64,000 nt of DNA from positions 10,081 to 74,080 of the forward strand of contig CAYZZS010000004.1 of assembly GCA_964483035.1 (NCBI GenBank). Reading direction: 5' to 3'. This stretch comes from an uncultured Candidatus Saccharibacteria bacterium. Lineage in GTDB: Bacteria > Patescibacteriota > Saccharimonadia > Saccharimonadales > CAYZZS01. The notes beneath the pieces were generated by a model that was not told the origin of the DNA, made no database searches, and saw only the letters and a list, made by a program, of their open reading frames with translations. Positions 1 to 9,105 of the stretch are shown piece after piece (the stretch's first letter is position 1; each line of letters begins with the position of its first letter). Both the position numbers and the translations under genes were made by a program.

Positions 1-782
1 TTAGGTGGGTCTTGAGTGAGCCAATACCCACCAGTGTTGTCAACTGAGTTCGACCCAATATATGAGTATCCTTGAGCGCTCTCGTAGGTTATGACATTCG
101 CCCCCATATCGACGAATTGACCGTAAACTGTACCCTGTAGGTCTGTGTCACCTAGTATTATGGCGCTAGATGCACTAAGCGCAAGCCTGTTTGAAATCGA
201 ACTGCCAATCATGACTAGTTTGTCAACTTGCACGTTGCCATCAAAATTAACTGTATGCGCCGCACTGTTCTTACTTTGGATGATAAGGGAGCGGAAAGTA
301 GGAGAGCCGGTGATGTTGGCTGTGACAGAATTAGCAGATGAGCCAAGGTTTATAACTACGTCGTTGAGTGTTTTGCCAGATGTTCCAAAAGTCCTAGTAG
401 AGCTAGTGTAATTCAACTCTATTTGAGATGTTCCGGCATTAACCGACGAGTTACTGGAAAATCTCAAATCACCACCAATCGCCAAACGACCAGCACCCAT
501 ATTTAGCGTTGCAGCATTATTTTCTGACCCGTAGTAAACACCTATCCAGCACAGTCCTGATGTATTTAGAGAATATGAGTTGAGGTTTAATGTTCCATAA
601 CGCAAGTAAAACTGATGCAAAAGCGGTGTGTCAACGTTTAGGGTCAGGGTGAGGCTGCCATCCATTATGTAAACGACGTCACCGGCTACTGGAGTACCAG
701 CACTCCCCGCCGCTCCATCTTCAGTCGCAGCCCAAACAGAACCATTCCAGTTGCCGCTAGCTCTCAGATACCGATTCGCCAT
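1..782 (-). CDS. Tail fibre / receptor-binding-like protein, N-terminal 260 codons (continues past window start)
   Basis: Absent from the ORF track because it runs off the edge. I checked the minus frame triplet by triplet from the ATG (782-780) to position 3 and found no stop. It begins MANRYLRASGNWNGSVWAATEDGAAGSAGTPVAGDVVYIMDG and is Gly/Ser/Asn/Thr-rich. It is the last gene of the tail module and overlaps the upstream stop as TAATG. Confidence 0.6.
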   Translation of the reverse strand, partial: MANRYLRASGNWNGSVWAATEDGAAGSAGTPVAGDVVYIMDGSLTLTLNVDTPLLHQFYLRYGTLNLNSYSLNTSGLCWIGVYYGSENNAATLNMGAGRLAIGGDLRFSSNSSVNAGTSQIELNYTSSTRTFGTSGKTLNDVVINLGSSANSVTANITGSPTFRSLIIQSKNSAAHTVNFDGNVQVDKLVMIGSSISNRLALSASSAIILGDTDLQGTVYGQFVDMGANVITYESAQGYSYIGSNSVDNTGGYWLTQDPP

Positions 783-1588
783 TACTCAGCCCCCGAATAG
801 GTGACGTTAAACTTATTCAAATCTAAGATGTTCCTTGTGGTTGGAGTGTTTATGTCCTCCTCATTTCGCAAAAACACGTCATCATTCTGCGGTTGGCGTG
901 ATAAAACGAGCGAGTTAATAGCGCCGTACTTTTCGCCTAGTTTATAACGCAATAGGTTGTCGTAGGTCAGTATTTCGCCTGTATCCTGCGACTGCTCAAG
1001 CAAGAGGTTTCCATTAGGCAGGATGCGCCCGTTCGTTCCGGTCACTTCGCAGATCTCTCTTAAAACGTCTCTGTAGGTGGTGTCAGGAATATCAATGTAG
1101 TAATCTTCGGGGATTTCTAAAGAGCCGTTATAGATTGATTCGTTTTCCAGGATTACGCCAGCACCAGAGCAGACAGCTTGCAAATACTGAAATAACGACA
1201 CAGGAAAATTAGATACCGAGGTGTACTCTTTAGCAAATCGGAGCATGTTGTCGTAGCCCTCAAGTTTTGTTTGGTTTGTGTCTGCCAAGTATTCTGTTTT
1301 AGTGATCAGGAATTTGCCTTGCAAGACATATTCGTATTCTTCTGAAGGCAATTTAACACCATAGTAGACATCTATAGTTGTGTTAGAGAGTTCATCTTGC
1401 TGCCCTTCCACAAAGGCAACGAGCTTTTTCATGGAAGTGTTTAGCATCTTGCCAGTAGCGGTAATCGTGAATTGCTTCAGTTCACCGTCCGAGGGGATTA
1501 TTCTCTCGTCCTCAAGTCGCAAGTACCCAGTAACTTCTTTCACTGGAGCTGTGATGGCTTGCTTGAAGTCTGCGGATACAACTAACAC
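782..1588 (-). CDS. Tail-tip / baseplate structural protein (hypothetical)
   Basis: 268-aa ORF between the tape-measure module and the fibre. It is translationally coupled on both sides. The function is assigned by position only. Confidence 0.45.
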   Translation of the reverse strand: MLVVSADFKQAITAPVKEVTGYLRLEDERIIPSDGELKQFTITATGKMLNTSMKKLVAFVEGQQDELSNTTIDVYYGVKLPSEEYEYVLQGKFLITKTEYLADTNQTKLEGYDNMLRFAKEYTSVSNFPVSLFQYLQAVCSGAGVILENESIYNGSLEIPEDYYIDIPDTTYRDVLREICEVTGTNGRILPNGNLLLEQSQDTGEILTYDNLLRYKLGEKYGAINSLVLSRQPQNDDVFLRNEEDINTPTTRNILDLNKFNVTYSGAE

Positions 1589-1980
1589 TAACTGCTCCTT
1601 GAAACGGGAATTAGATTAACCTGAAACGGCTTGTACCGCCCTTTGGTTTTTTCGTCTAACTCGACTGAGTAATCTCCTGCGTAGTATTGGGCAGTTTTGG
1701 TAGTCTTTGATTTAGGGTCGAAATAAGTTACGCCAAAATAGGGCTGATCGAGTTTGGCAACAATAGAGCTTATGTCGTCCTCTAGCAGCTCGCCGCCAAA
1801 TTCAAGTTCAAGCTTTGGGTAAATACCAATTAACGTAGCTCTGATGTCGCCAGCCATATTTCTCTCTGCATCTCTCCAGAGCTTGGCATGAGTTACCTTA
1901 TAGCTTTTTAATCCAGGTACGGATTGGTTGTCTATTTTAAGTAAGGTGGCATCGCTGACGGCTGGCATAATATTCCCCAA
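1588..1980 (-). CDS. Distal-tail-like structural protein (hypothetical)
   Basis: 130-aa ORF whose track start is TTG. An ATG at 1968 (MPAVSD...) is the more likely start. The call is by position, downstream of the tape measure. Confidence 0.45.
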   Translation of the reverse strand: MGNIMPAVSDATLLKIDNQSVPGLKSYKVTHAKLWRDAERNMAGDIRATLIGIYPKLELEFGGELLEDDISSIVAKLDQPYFGVTYFDPKSKTTKTAQYYAGDYSVELDEKTKGRYKPFQVNLIPVSRSS

Positions 1981-2036
1981 ATAAAAAAGCGGCCCCCTAA
2001 ATAGAGAGTCCGCGTTTTACTGGTGGTATTATACCA
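1979..2036 (-). promoter_or_regulatory. Cassette copy 1: extended -10 box followed immediately by an intrinsic terminator
   Basis: The minus strand reads TGGTATAAT-ACCACCAGT-AAAACGCGGACTCTCTATTTAGGGGGCCGC-TTTTTTATTT. It starts right after the stop codon of 2037..2645. Confidence 0.55.
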
Positions 2037-2645
2037 TTAAATGATGCAGTCTGTCTCGTATTGTTCTGATGATTGACCCTCGAATGAATACATCATGACT
2101 TTGTAGCGATTATTCGACTTACAGTAAGTAAACCGAAATTCACTGCGAATCATAGCTCCAAAACTATTCTGTGAATCTACTACTGAGTCAACAGTAGCCA
2201 CATTGTCTTGAATGAAGTTAATGCTCCAACCGTCTAAGGGGTCAAAGAAGCCACCCTGGAATTCGGCGGTGGACGGTGCCTTTAAGATTTTCAAGACATT
2301 CTCCTTAGTAAAGTCTCGCAACTGAATTTTGTCATCTTCTGAGAACGTATTACTGTCCTTTATTCGCTGTGCTTCAGCTTCAGCCTCTTCACGCTTGCGC
2401 TCCTCTTCTGCGCGCTTTTGCTCTTCCTGATCCTGTTTCATCTGCTCAGGATCTATCTCAGCACCCTGCTCCTGTGCAGTCTGGCGCTCACTGGCGGTTG
2501 CCCCGTAGTCATTAGTGTCAGTTTGTCCACCTAATATCACAAGCCCGATAAAGAGAATGATAAGTACCTGAACGGCTATATGAAGCTTGCGGAATCGTTC
2601 CCATACCTTTGAAGCTATTCTAGCAGTCCGTTCAAAGATCGACAT
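2037..2645 (-). CDS. Membrane-anchored protein with charged coiled region (moron-like insert in tail module)
   Basis: 202 aa with an N-terminal TM segment (LHIAVQVLIILFIGLVILGG) followed by an E/K/Q-rich stretch. It has its own -10 box upstream and a terminator downstream. Confidence 0.6.
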   Translation of the reverse strand: MSIFERTARIASKVWERFRKLHIAVQVLIILFIGLVILGGQTDTNDYGATASERQTAQEQGAEIDPEQMKQDQEEQKRAEEERKREEAEAEAQRIKDSNTFSEDDKIQLRDFTKENVLKILKAPSTAEFQGGFFDPLDGWSINFIQDNVATVDSVVDSQNSFGAMIRSEFRFTYCKSNNRYKVMMYSFEGQSSEQYETDCII

Positions 2646-2686
2646 TTTTCTAACCCTATTAGTTAAGTTAATTGATATTGTGGCAC

Positions 2687-2692
2687 ATTATA
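2687..2692 (-). promoter_or_regulatory. Candidate -10 box (TATAAT) for 2037..2645
   Basis: The minus strand reads TATGTTGTATAATGTGCC, located between the tape-measure stop (2705) and the ORF start (2645). Confidence 0.4.
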
Positions 2693-2704
2693 CAACATAA
2701 TTTG

Positions 2705-5185
2705 TTAGATAGTCAACACATTTTCGTTCCTCATGAAAGCAGCGTCGTTAATTCCTCCGATTACACGCTCCATCAGCGTATCTTCGCCAAGCTTCACTGT
2801 AAGGTGTATCGGCTGCCCATTACCATTAATCTTGCTGGCTAATTCGTCCATCCAACCTGTATTTCTATCTAGGGGCAGTACTGCCTCACGACCCGCCTCA
2901 CCAACTAAAGCCATTGTTGGTGCGGATATAATACCACCTGTCGCTAGTTTTGGTATTTTTGGAATATTTATACCCTTTCCGCCGACTTCTGGAACCCAAT
3001 CTGGGATCTTGACCTTATTCAGGCCAGCAATGAACGAATTTATGATGTCGATCATGGCGTTAAGAGGGGCTTTTGCAATTGCTGCGAATCCACCAAAGAT
3101 GTTTTTGAAGATTGATTTCACTCCATCCCAGGCTTTACGCCAGTTGCCGCTAAACACACCGCTAATAAAGTCAATAAGGCCATTGAATATCCCGAATATC
3201 GACTTAACCACACTGGCAATTGTTCCTAGTACTGTACCCATTACTCCAGACACAAGTTGACCAATGAATGAGAACGCTGGAGACAGTACCTTTAGTAGAA
3301 AGTTCGACACAGGCACTATGAAGTTGTTATATATATTGAGCGCAGCCTGAACGAGTCTAGCCACAAAGCCGACTACTTCGTTCACAAGGTCTTTCAGGTG
3401 TTCATTCCAGAGGTTACTAAGCTCTTCTAGAAATGGTCGGATAATTGGGGCCAAAACATTATCCCAAACAGACTGGAACAACTTAATTGTGTTATCCACG
3501 AATTGACCAATGCCGTCTAAGATACTGGCTCCATATTTTTGCCAGTTCTCCAGTAATATCCCTGTGAAGTCAGCCCATATCTGGGCTGCTATTTTTAGTG
3601 CAGGGTCAATTGCGTCTTTCCATATAGAGTTGAATACGCCTACGGTGCTATCAATTATGACTGGCCCCCACGTATCAATAGCCGCTTGCACGTCTAGCCA
3701 GAACTGCGTCCACAGCATAGTTATGTTACTCAAGCCAAGCATGACATTGGGTTGTATTGCCGCCCAGGTCTCGGTTAGGTTTTGCCACGCAGCCAGGCCG
3801 AGCTGCTTGATAAGCTCGATGAAGAACCCTATGGCGCTGCCAGCCGCTCCGACAAAAGCTTGAACAGGTGCGCTATCCCATGCTCTTTTCAGGACGTCGC
3901 CTACTTTTCTCAGTGACTCAAGAATTGCCTCTACCTTGGGAGTGACCTTATCCAAGCTCTTGCCAAAGTCTCCAAAGTCCAGCCCACTAAGGTCAGGAAT
4001 ACCTCCACCAGCGCCACCACCACCAGCGGCCGATGCATCTGGCTCTTTTAGGACATTCATTTCATCAAAGGCGGCCAATCCAGCTAGTTCTTTTTTGAGT
4101 TTCTTGGCACTTCCCGCAGCGTCATTCATGCCACTAGAGGCATCTGCTGCGCCAGTACCGATTGCGCCAACAGATTTTGCTGCGTTTTGAGTTGATTTAG
4201 TCATGCTGTCGGCTTGTTTTTTACCAATGCCGAACAATGAACCAAACCAGCTAACAGCCACCATCATTACTTTTATGAAAGCGACTATGTACGGAATAGC
4301 TGCACTTACGGCTCTAGATATGGTGTTAAAGAACCCCGCAATGTTGGCTTGCCCAATGGCGTTCATAATGTCCGCCAGTCCTCGAACAATAGCCGTTCTC
4401 AGGTTAGCTATGGACGTTGCGACGCCGCCAGTAGAGTTTCTGGCCTGCTGCTCAAAGCTTTGGAAGCCAGGCAGCCCCTCTTTGTCCAGTCGAACCACAG
4501 CCATCATAAAGTCATTCATGCTGACTTTGCCCTCACGGAGTGCTGCGCCTAGTGCGTCGGCACTCGCAAAGTTCATAGCGGTAGCAATCTGCTTGAGCTG
4601 TGCGGGCATTGCCGACATAGCAGAGCGCCACTCCATCATATCCGGCTTGCCCTTAGTGTAGGCTTGGCTCAACTGCTCAAGGGCAGTGCGTTGTAGCTCC
4701 ATGGGTGCGCCACCAGCGAGAATGGCATTATTAAGCGCCAGGAACATACTAGTAGAAGCGGCTATGCTCCCGTTAGCACTCGTAAACCGCTGAACTGACA
4801 TAGCAGCGTCATCAAGGGCTGTCGGCAGCCCTTTTAGTTTGTCTGATAATACCTGTATAGATTTTTGTGATAAATCAGCGCTAATGCCTAAGTTTGACAT
4901 TGCGCGAGGAAAGTTATTGAGCGTGTCGAGTCGTTTAACTGCGTCAGATCCTAGAGCGGTGAGCGACCTGAACGCTGATACTAGGGCAGCAGATATAACA
5001 CTTCCTAGCGCAACGGCAGCCGCTCCAATCTTCTTGAATGACTTGGGCATACTCTGCGATACGTTTTTTACAGTCTTACTAATTCCCTCCAACTGGTCAT
5101 TTATCTCAGCAACTTGTTTCTTAAAGTCTGCTGTTTGTGCATTGATAATGACCACTAATTGATCGAGAGTTATGGATGGTGACAT
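2705..5185 (-). CDS. Tail tape measure protein
   Basis: 826 aa, long helical and Gly/Ala-rich, with hydrophobic central segments. It lies directly downstream of the G/GT chaperone pair. Confidence 0.85.
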   Translation of the reverse strand: MSPSITLDQLVVIINAQTADFKKQVAEINDQLEGISKTVKNVSQSMPKSFKKIGAAAVALGSVISAALVSAFRSLTALGSDAVKRLDTLNNFPRAMSNLGISADLSQKSIQVLSDKLKGLPTALDDAAMSVQRFTSANGSIAASTSMFLALNNAILAGGAPMELQRTALEQLSQAYTKGKPDMMEWRSAMSAMPAQLKQIATAMNFASADALGAALREGKVSMNDFMMAVVRLDKEGLPGFQSFEQQARNSTGGVATSIANLRTAIVRGLADIMNAIGQANIAGFFNTISRAVSAAIPYIVAFIKVMMVAVSWFGSLFGIGKKQADSMTKSTQNAAKSVGAIGTGAADASSGMNDAAGSAKKLKKELAGLAAFDEMNVLKEPDASAAGGGGAGGGIPDLSGLDFGDFGKSLDKVTPKVEAILESLRKVGDVLKRAWDSAPVQAFVGAAGSAIGFFIELIKQLGLAAWQNLTETWAAIQPNVMLGLSNITMLWTQFWLDVQAAIDTWGPVIIDSTVGVFNSIWKDAIDPALKIAAQIWADFTGILLENWQKYGASILDGIGQFVDNTIKLFQSVWDNVLAPIIRPFLEELSNLWNEHLKDLVNEVVGFVARLVQAALNIYNNFIVPVSNFLLKVLSPAFSFIGQLVSGVMGTVLGTIASVVKSIFGIFNGLIDFISGVFSGNWRKAWDGVKSIFKNIFGGFAAIAKAPLNAMIDIINSFIAGLNKVKIPDWVPEVGGKGINIPKIPKLATGGIISAPTMALVGEAGREAVLPLDRNTGWMDELASKINGNGQPIHLTVKLGEDTLMERVIGGINDAAFMRNENVLTI

Positions 5186-5187
5186 TA

Positions 5188-5798
5188 CTTCTTCTTTCCG
5201 TATTTGATTCGTGCTATCCGCTCGAAAGCCGTATCACTGGTGTAGACGGTTTTTTGTGACTCGTCCTGCGATAGCATTGGGCTTTTGGGGTATTTCTTTG
5301 GGTTATTCACGCCGACTGCTATGTAATTGCCAAGAATGTGGTTTAGGTGATCTGTTTGCTTGGCTTGTCTATCGAGCGAATCCTTATAGCCATCAATGCA
5401 TCGTGAGAATTGACCAACTGTCAGTTCCCAAAACTCGGCTACATGTATGCCTATAGAAAAGGCTAGGCTTTCTTGCTCTCGCCAGAAGTCGGTGAATCTT
5501 CCGCTTTGATAGCCTGGTTCATTTCCAGACGCATCTTGTTCGTGTCCACCTTTACTTTTCCTAAAAAACCAGCATCAGTCACAGCCTCGACAACTAGAGC
5601 CAATGATTCTGCAATACCTTTGTCCTCAAGCATGGCGTCAGCTTCTTCCTCTGACAAACCGCCAGCGCGTAACATGAATAAAATTGAGTCGAAACTCGGT
5701 AGGCCGTTCTCTAGCTCGTTGAAGGTATCGAAGAACCTTTTTTTGTTTTCACGTTCTGCTTTAGCGATATTTGATGCTTTGTAGTTGAGTTCTGACAT
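5188..5798 (-). CDS. Tail assembly chaperone, -1 frameshift fusion (GT-like)
   Basis: I translated the -1 frame. It is open from 5572 to a TAA at 5187-5185 that overlaps the tape-measure ATG as TAATG. The heptamer T_TTT_TTA sits in the overlap. Confidence 0.6.
5463..5798 (-). CDS. Tail assembly chaperone (G-like, zero-frame product)
   Basis: 111-aa acidic ORF between the major tail and tape measure genes. It contains a slippery heptamer near its 3' end. Confidence 0.7.
   Translation of the reverse strand: MSELNYKASNIAKAERENKKRFFDTFNELENGLPSFDSILFMLRAGGLSEEEADAMLEDKGIAESLALVVEAVTDAGFLGKVKVDTNKMRLEMNQAIKAEDSPTSGESKKA
5562..5568 (-). other. Programmed -1 ribosomal frameshift slippery site (U UUU UUA)
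   Basis: The plus strand reads taaaaaa. In the zero frame the minus strand reads ggT TTT TTA. The -1 frame continues for about 125 codons to the tape-measure start. Confidence 0.6.
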
Positions 5799-5863
5799 AG
5801 TTGTCTCCGTTTTCCGTCGTCACGTTAGTTTATGGTTGGGGGTTAACCCACCCCCAGAGGGGT

Positions 5864-6289
5864 TTATGAGCTTGAGCCTTCTTCGTAAACAGGCTGACCT
5901 GTTACGCGAAGCGTAAAGTTTACTCGGTCTAGTCCATCAGGTGTTGCTTCACCGAAAGTTCGAGCAGATATGTATGCGTCGAATGTCAGTGTTGCGCCGC
6001 TGGTGTAGCCAATAATCCATGTTCGAGTCTCACCAGAACTAAATACGCTGTCGATTATCTCAGCCTGACCGTCATAGACGTTGTTAGCTTCGATTTCTAC
6101 AGAACCGTTATCTTTCGAGCCTTGCACGAACTCTTTGTTTCCGCCGGGGCTGTCGAGTGTGGTTACATCGACTTCCTCGGCTTCGCTGGAAAGATCGCCG
6201 ATTCTGGCAATATTCTTCAGTAGTAGGTCTGCTTCTGAGCCTTCACCCTGCATCGTCAGGGTTGTACCCATTGATCGTACTCCTGCCAT
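5864..6289 (-). CDS. Major tail protein (phi13-like)
   Basis: 141 aa containing VDVTTLDSPGGNKEFVQGSKDNGSVEIEANN, which resembles phi13-family major tail proteins. It lies upstream of the chaperones. Confidence 0.65.
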   Translation of the reverse strand: MAGVRSMGTTLTMQGEGSEADLLLKNIARIGDLSSEAEEVDVTTLDSPGGNKEFVQGSKDNGSVEIEANNVYDGQAEIIDSVFSSGETRTWIIGYTSGATLTFDAYISARTFGEATPDGLDRVNFTLRVTGQPVYEEGSSS

Positions 6290-6300
6290 GATTTTCTCCT

Positions 6301-6633
6301 TTATTTAATGCCGATAAAGCGGCTGTTTATATGACAAATATTCGCGGGGTCTGGTACGTCCATCGAAAACGACAGACGATAACCTATCCCCCGCATTTTT
6401 GCTTCAACCTGAGACAGCAGAGTGTCTGCTGCGGAGCTGGTTTTTGCCCAGACATCGACGGTTATCTCAATGTCTTGTTTGGCTATCTCGTTATCGAGAT
6501 TCAGCTCTGCCGCGTTATCTGACACATAAAAGGTGATTGCTGGCACTTCTACGATGGTTTTTTGCGACCTCTGTAAGACATTAGATGTAATGCCTTTGAG
6601 TGCGTTATAAACCTCTGATTTCGGTAGGTGCAT
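6301..6633 (-). CDS. Tail completion / terminator-like protein
   Basis: 110 aa, positioned between the gp10-like gene and the major tail gene. Confidence 0.45.
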   Translation of the reverse strand: MHLPKSEVYNALKGITSNVLQRSQKTIVEVPAITFYVSDNAAELNLDNEIAKQDIEITVDVWAKTSSAADTLLSQVEAKMRGIGYRLSFSMDVPDPANICHINSRFIGIK

Positions 6634-6999
6634 CTATAAACCTTTATGTGCTTTTACTATCTCGGTGGTGATGAGTTTTTTGGCTTTGTCTTTGTTTTTT
6701 TGCAGAGCAGGCTTCAGGTATGGCTGTGCCTGCATTTTGCTTGTACCTAGTTCGACATACAGGGCATATTCCTTGTTAGTGCCTACTGTCGCTTCTGCGC
6801 CGCTTGGTATGGCCTTGCTGTTGGTGTTTATTGAGTCTCTTAACTCGCCAGTATCAACAGGTACGATATTTTTTGCCGTACCTTCGACAAGCAATCCAGC
6901 CAGATTGACACCTGTTAGGATTGCCTCCCTTGTTAAGGGGTCGAGCTTGTTGAGCTTTGCCTGCAACCGTCCAAGGTTCTTTATTTTTACTGTTGCCAT
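6634..6999 (-). CDS. HK97 gp10-family head-tail joining protein
   Basis: Contains VPVDTGELRDSI...KEYALYVELGTSKMQAQPYLKPAL, which matches my recollection of the gp10-family signature. Confidence 0.7.
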   Translation of the reverse strand: MATVKIKNLGRLQAKLNKLDPLTREAILTGVNLAGLLVEGTAKNIVPVDTGELRDSINTNSKAIPSGAEATVGTNKEYALYVELGTSKMQAQPYLKPALQKNKDKAKKLITTEIVKAHKGL

Positions 7000-7322
7000 T
7001 TTCTGCCCGCTATCTTTTTGTGTGAGTCGAATTGCCTAACCTCGGCTCGGTAGTGGATGCCGTCATAAGCGAACAAGTCGCCTGTCTGCATATCCACGTC
7101 TTTTCCACAGGTTATCAGCACGTCGATTCGTTCGGTCAACCCCATGTCAGACTGCGCCTCTTCGAGGTTTCCAAACCTAACATTTGCCTTAAAGGTGCTA
7201 ATCGGTGTTCCCGACTCGTCTATCCAGCCGTCCGTAGAACTCGCAGTCTTAGCCAGCTTGGTCACCGTCTTGTCGTAGAAGTGATCTGCGATTTTGTCAG
7301 TGAAGTTAGCTGGTAATAACAT
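6987..7322 (-). CDS. Head closure / head-tail adaptor protein
   Basis: 111 aa; position and size are typical for this role. Confidence 0.45.
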   Translation of the reverse strand: MLLPANFTDKIADHFYDKTVTKLAKTASSTDGWIDESGTPISTFKANVRFGNLEEAQSDMGLTERIDVLITCGKDVDMQTGDLFAYDGIHYRAEVRQFDSHKKIAGRKWQQ

Positions 7323-7704
7323 GGATTCTCCGGTAGGGCTGTAGCAGCTTCTCGAAGCCGATAAATAGCTCTTGGTCGTTTACTGATGCTAGGTACTGTT
7401 GAGGCCGCAGATGGTAGCTGATGGTCTGACCGTTATCCGACACAGACGATACGCTGTTGTTATCTGGGGCTTCAGTGTGAGCGTGGACATCAACTACGAT
7501 TTGGGCTATCACCCGCTCTAAGCTACTGGCTATTTTTGTTTCGTTTAGATAGAGCAGGACACGATCTGCGACTGTTTCCACCAGCAAGTCCAGCAAACCC
7601 CCTTCCGCAATATTCGGATTTAGGGTGGTTACATAGTCTGTGATAGTGGCTTTTTGGTCGTCAGTCATGTCTGCTCTCCTTTTAGCTTTCGTTTGATTCA
7701 ACAC
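7306..7704 (-). CDS. Head-tail connector (gp6-like)
   Basis: The likely true start is the ATG at 7668 (MTDDQKATITDY), preceded by AAGGAGAG. It lies directly after the capsid gene. Confidence 0.5.
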   Translation of the reverse strand: MLNQTKAKRRADMTDDQKATITDYVTTLNPNIAEGGLLDLLVETVADRVLLYLNETKIASSLERVIAQIVVDVHAHTEAPDNNSVSSVSDNGQTISYHLRPQQYLASVNDQELFIGFEKLLQPYRRIHVITS

Positions 7705-8524
7705 CTGCTACAAAGATCAGATCGGGTGCAACAGCCTTTGTGCCGTACCAGAATGGCAGGTAAAGAGACATGTCTGCGCTAAGTGGGATTCGCTGTGGTT
7801 CGTACTCATTAAGCACAACTGGTTGTGCGATTGAGCCGTCGGCCATAGCGATGTGACTGGCGCTTTGACGGATGTTGCTGTAAACACGGACACCGTGGTA
7901 GTAGCCAACTTCCTCGTCAGCAGCACCCTTGATGTTGTCAAGGTAGGTGCGGATTTTGCCGAACTCTTCAGTGTTCAAGAACACGCTAATCATTGAGCGC
8001 GGTACACCATCGACCCAGTCGTTCTTAACGTTCTGGACTTTTTGGATGATTTCTTCTAGGCGCCCTTCAGGGTTGCTTGCCACGAATGTGTGCAATGCGC
8101 CCTCAGCAACAGCCTTGTTGAAGAATGCGTAGTCGAGTTCACGAACTACGGTATCGCCGTGGTCTTTAGTACGAGTGCTGATTAGGTTAGCAACAGTGTT
8201 CGCCTGTACGTCAAAGACGGTGATCTCCTCAGAAATTTCACGCTTGTTTTCGTAGGTGTTGACTGTCACCTTACCAGTGTTGGCAACTTTGTTACCTTCG
8301 CCGTTAGAGCGAGATGTACCGTAAGCCTGTGACTTTGATGTTGCGTAGCGCTGCACCTCAACGCTTCCAGCTCGTGGGTCACCACTTAGGCGCTGGTTTT
8401 TGACAAGACCCGAAAGAGCCTTGACTTGGATTGCTTCGATAAGACCACCGTAAGCTTCTTTCAGCTCATCTGGGTTTAGTCCGGCCTTATCGATAAAAAT
8501 GCTATAAGCATCTGTTCGTGCCAT
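7682..8524 (-). CDS. Major capsid protein
   Basis: 280 aa, immediately downstream of the scaffold gene. Position and size fit an HK97-fold capsid protein. Confidence 0.6.
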   Translation of the reverse strand: MARTDAYSIFIDKAGLNPDELKEAYGGLIEAIQVKALSGLVKNQRLSGDPRAGSVEVQRYATSKSQAYGTSRSNGEGNKVANTGKVTVNTYENKREISEEITVFDVQANTVANLISTRTKDHGDTVVRELDYAFFNKAVAEGALHTFVASNPEGRLEEIIQKVQNVKNDWVDGVPRSMISVFLNTEEFGKIRTYLDNIKGAADEEVGYYHGVRVYSNIRQSASHIAMADGSIAQPVVLNEYEPQRIPLSADMSLYLPFWYGTKAVAPDLIFVAGVESNES

Positions 8525-8543
8525 CTTTTTCCTCGTTTACTTG

Positions 8544-9071
8544 TTACAGCACGATTGAACCTTCGTATTTCGGCTCGTTGTTCGTGCCTTTTGATTTATC
8601 TTTTGGCGTTTCGCCCTTGAGTCGTTCGTTAACGCCTGCCTCAACTGCTTTTAGAAAGACCTTTTCAAACTTGTCGATGTTGTCCTTAGTTTTGTCAGGG
8701 TCAACGTCAACTAGAAAGTCCACTACGTCAGTTGAGATACCTTTTTCCTGTAGAGTTTCCCTCGCGTCAGCTCGGTTTTCTCGTAAGGTGATTTCGCGCT
8801 CTTTCGCGGCAGTCTCCTGCTCACGCTTTTTGCGCTCCTCGGCTTCCTTTTCCTCGGCTGACAACTTGGCTTGTCGCTCACGCTCTTCAAGTTCTTTAGC
8901 TAGTCGCTCTTCTAATTTCTTTTCAAGCCTAGCCTCTTTCTCGGCAAGCGTCTTTCTTAGCTGCTTGTCAAAGTCCTCTTGAGTAAAAGTTTTAGCCTTG
9001 GGGTCATCTCCCTTTTTGTCATCCTGCTGACCATCAGGATTAGGGTTGTTTTGCTTGTCTTGTTCAGACAT
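8544..9071 (-). CDS. Scaffolding protein
   Basis: 175 aa, highly charged K/E coiled coil (FTQEDFDKQLRKTLAEKEARLEKKLEERLAKELEERE). Confidence 0.7.
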   Translation of the reverse strand: MSEQDKQNNPNPDGQQDDKKGDDPKAKTFTQEDFDKQLRKTLAEKEARLEKKLEERLAKELEERERQAKLSAEEKEAEERKKREQETAAKEREITLRENRADARETLQEKGISTDVVDFLVDVDPDKTKDNIDKFEKVFLKAVEAGVNERLKGETPKDKSKGTNNEPKYEGSIVL

Positions 9072-9105
9072 CGCTACTCCTCCGTGTTACCGCCGTCGCG
9101 TTAGT

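Noticed and set aside
2733-5162. Long plus-strand ORFs inside the tape-measure gene (2733..3260, 3510..3863, 4203..4661, 4839..5162). Similar antisense ORFs occur opposite other long genes, for example 8518..8982, 30271..30765, 34030..34464, 44591..45187, 50003..50860 and 61910..62410.
   Set aside because: They are shadow ORFs on the opposite strand of well-supported genes. Their composition is low-complexity or Ser/Ala/Pro-biased, they have no SD sites, and they conflict with motif-bearing ORFs.
5211-5456. The plus-strand 81-aa ORF in the apparent gap between the chaperone and the tape measure.
   Set aside because: The minus-strand -1-frame GT extension, which I translated by hand, occupies this interval and explains it better.
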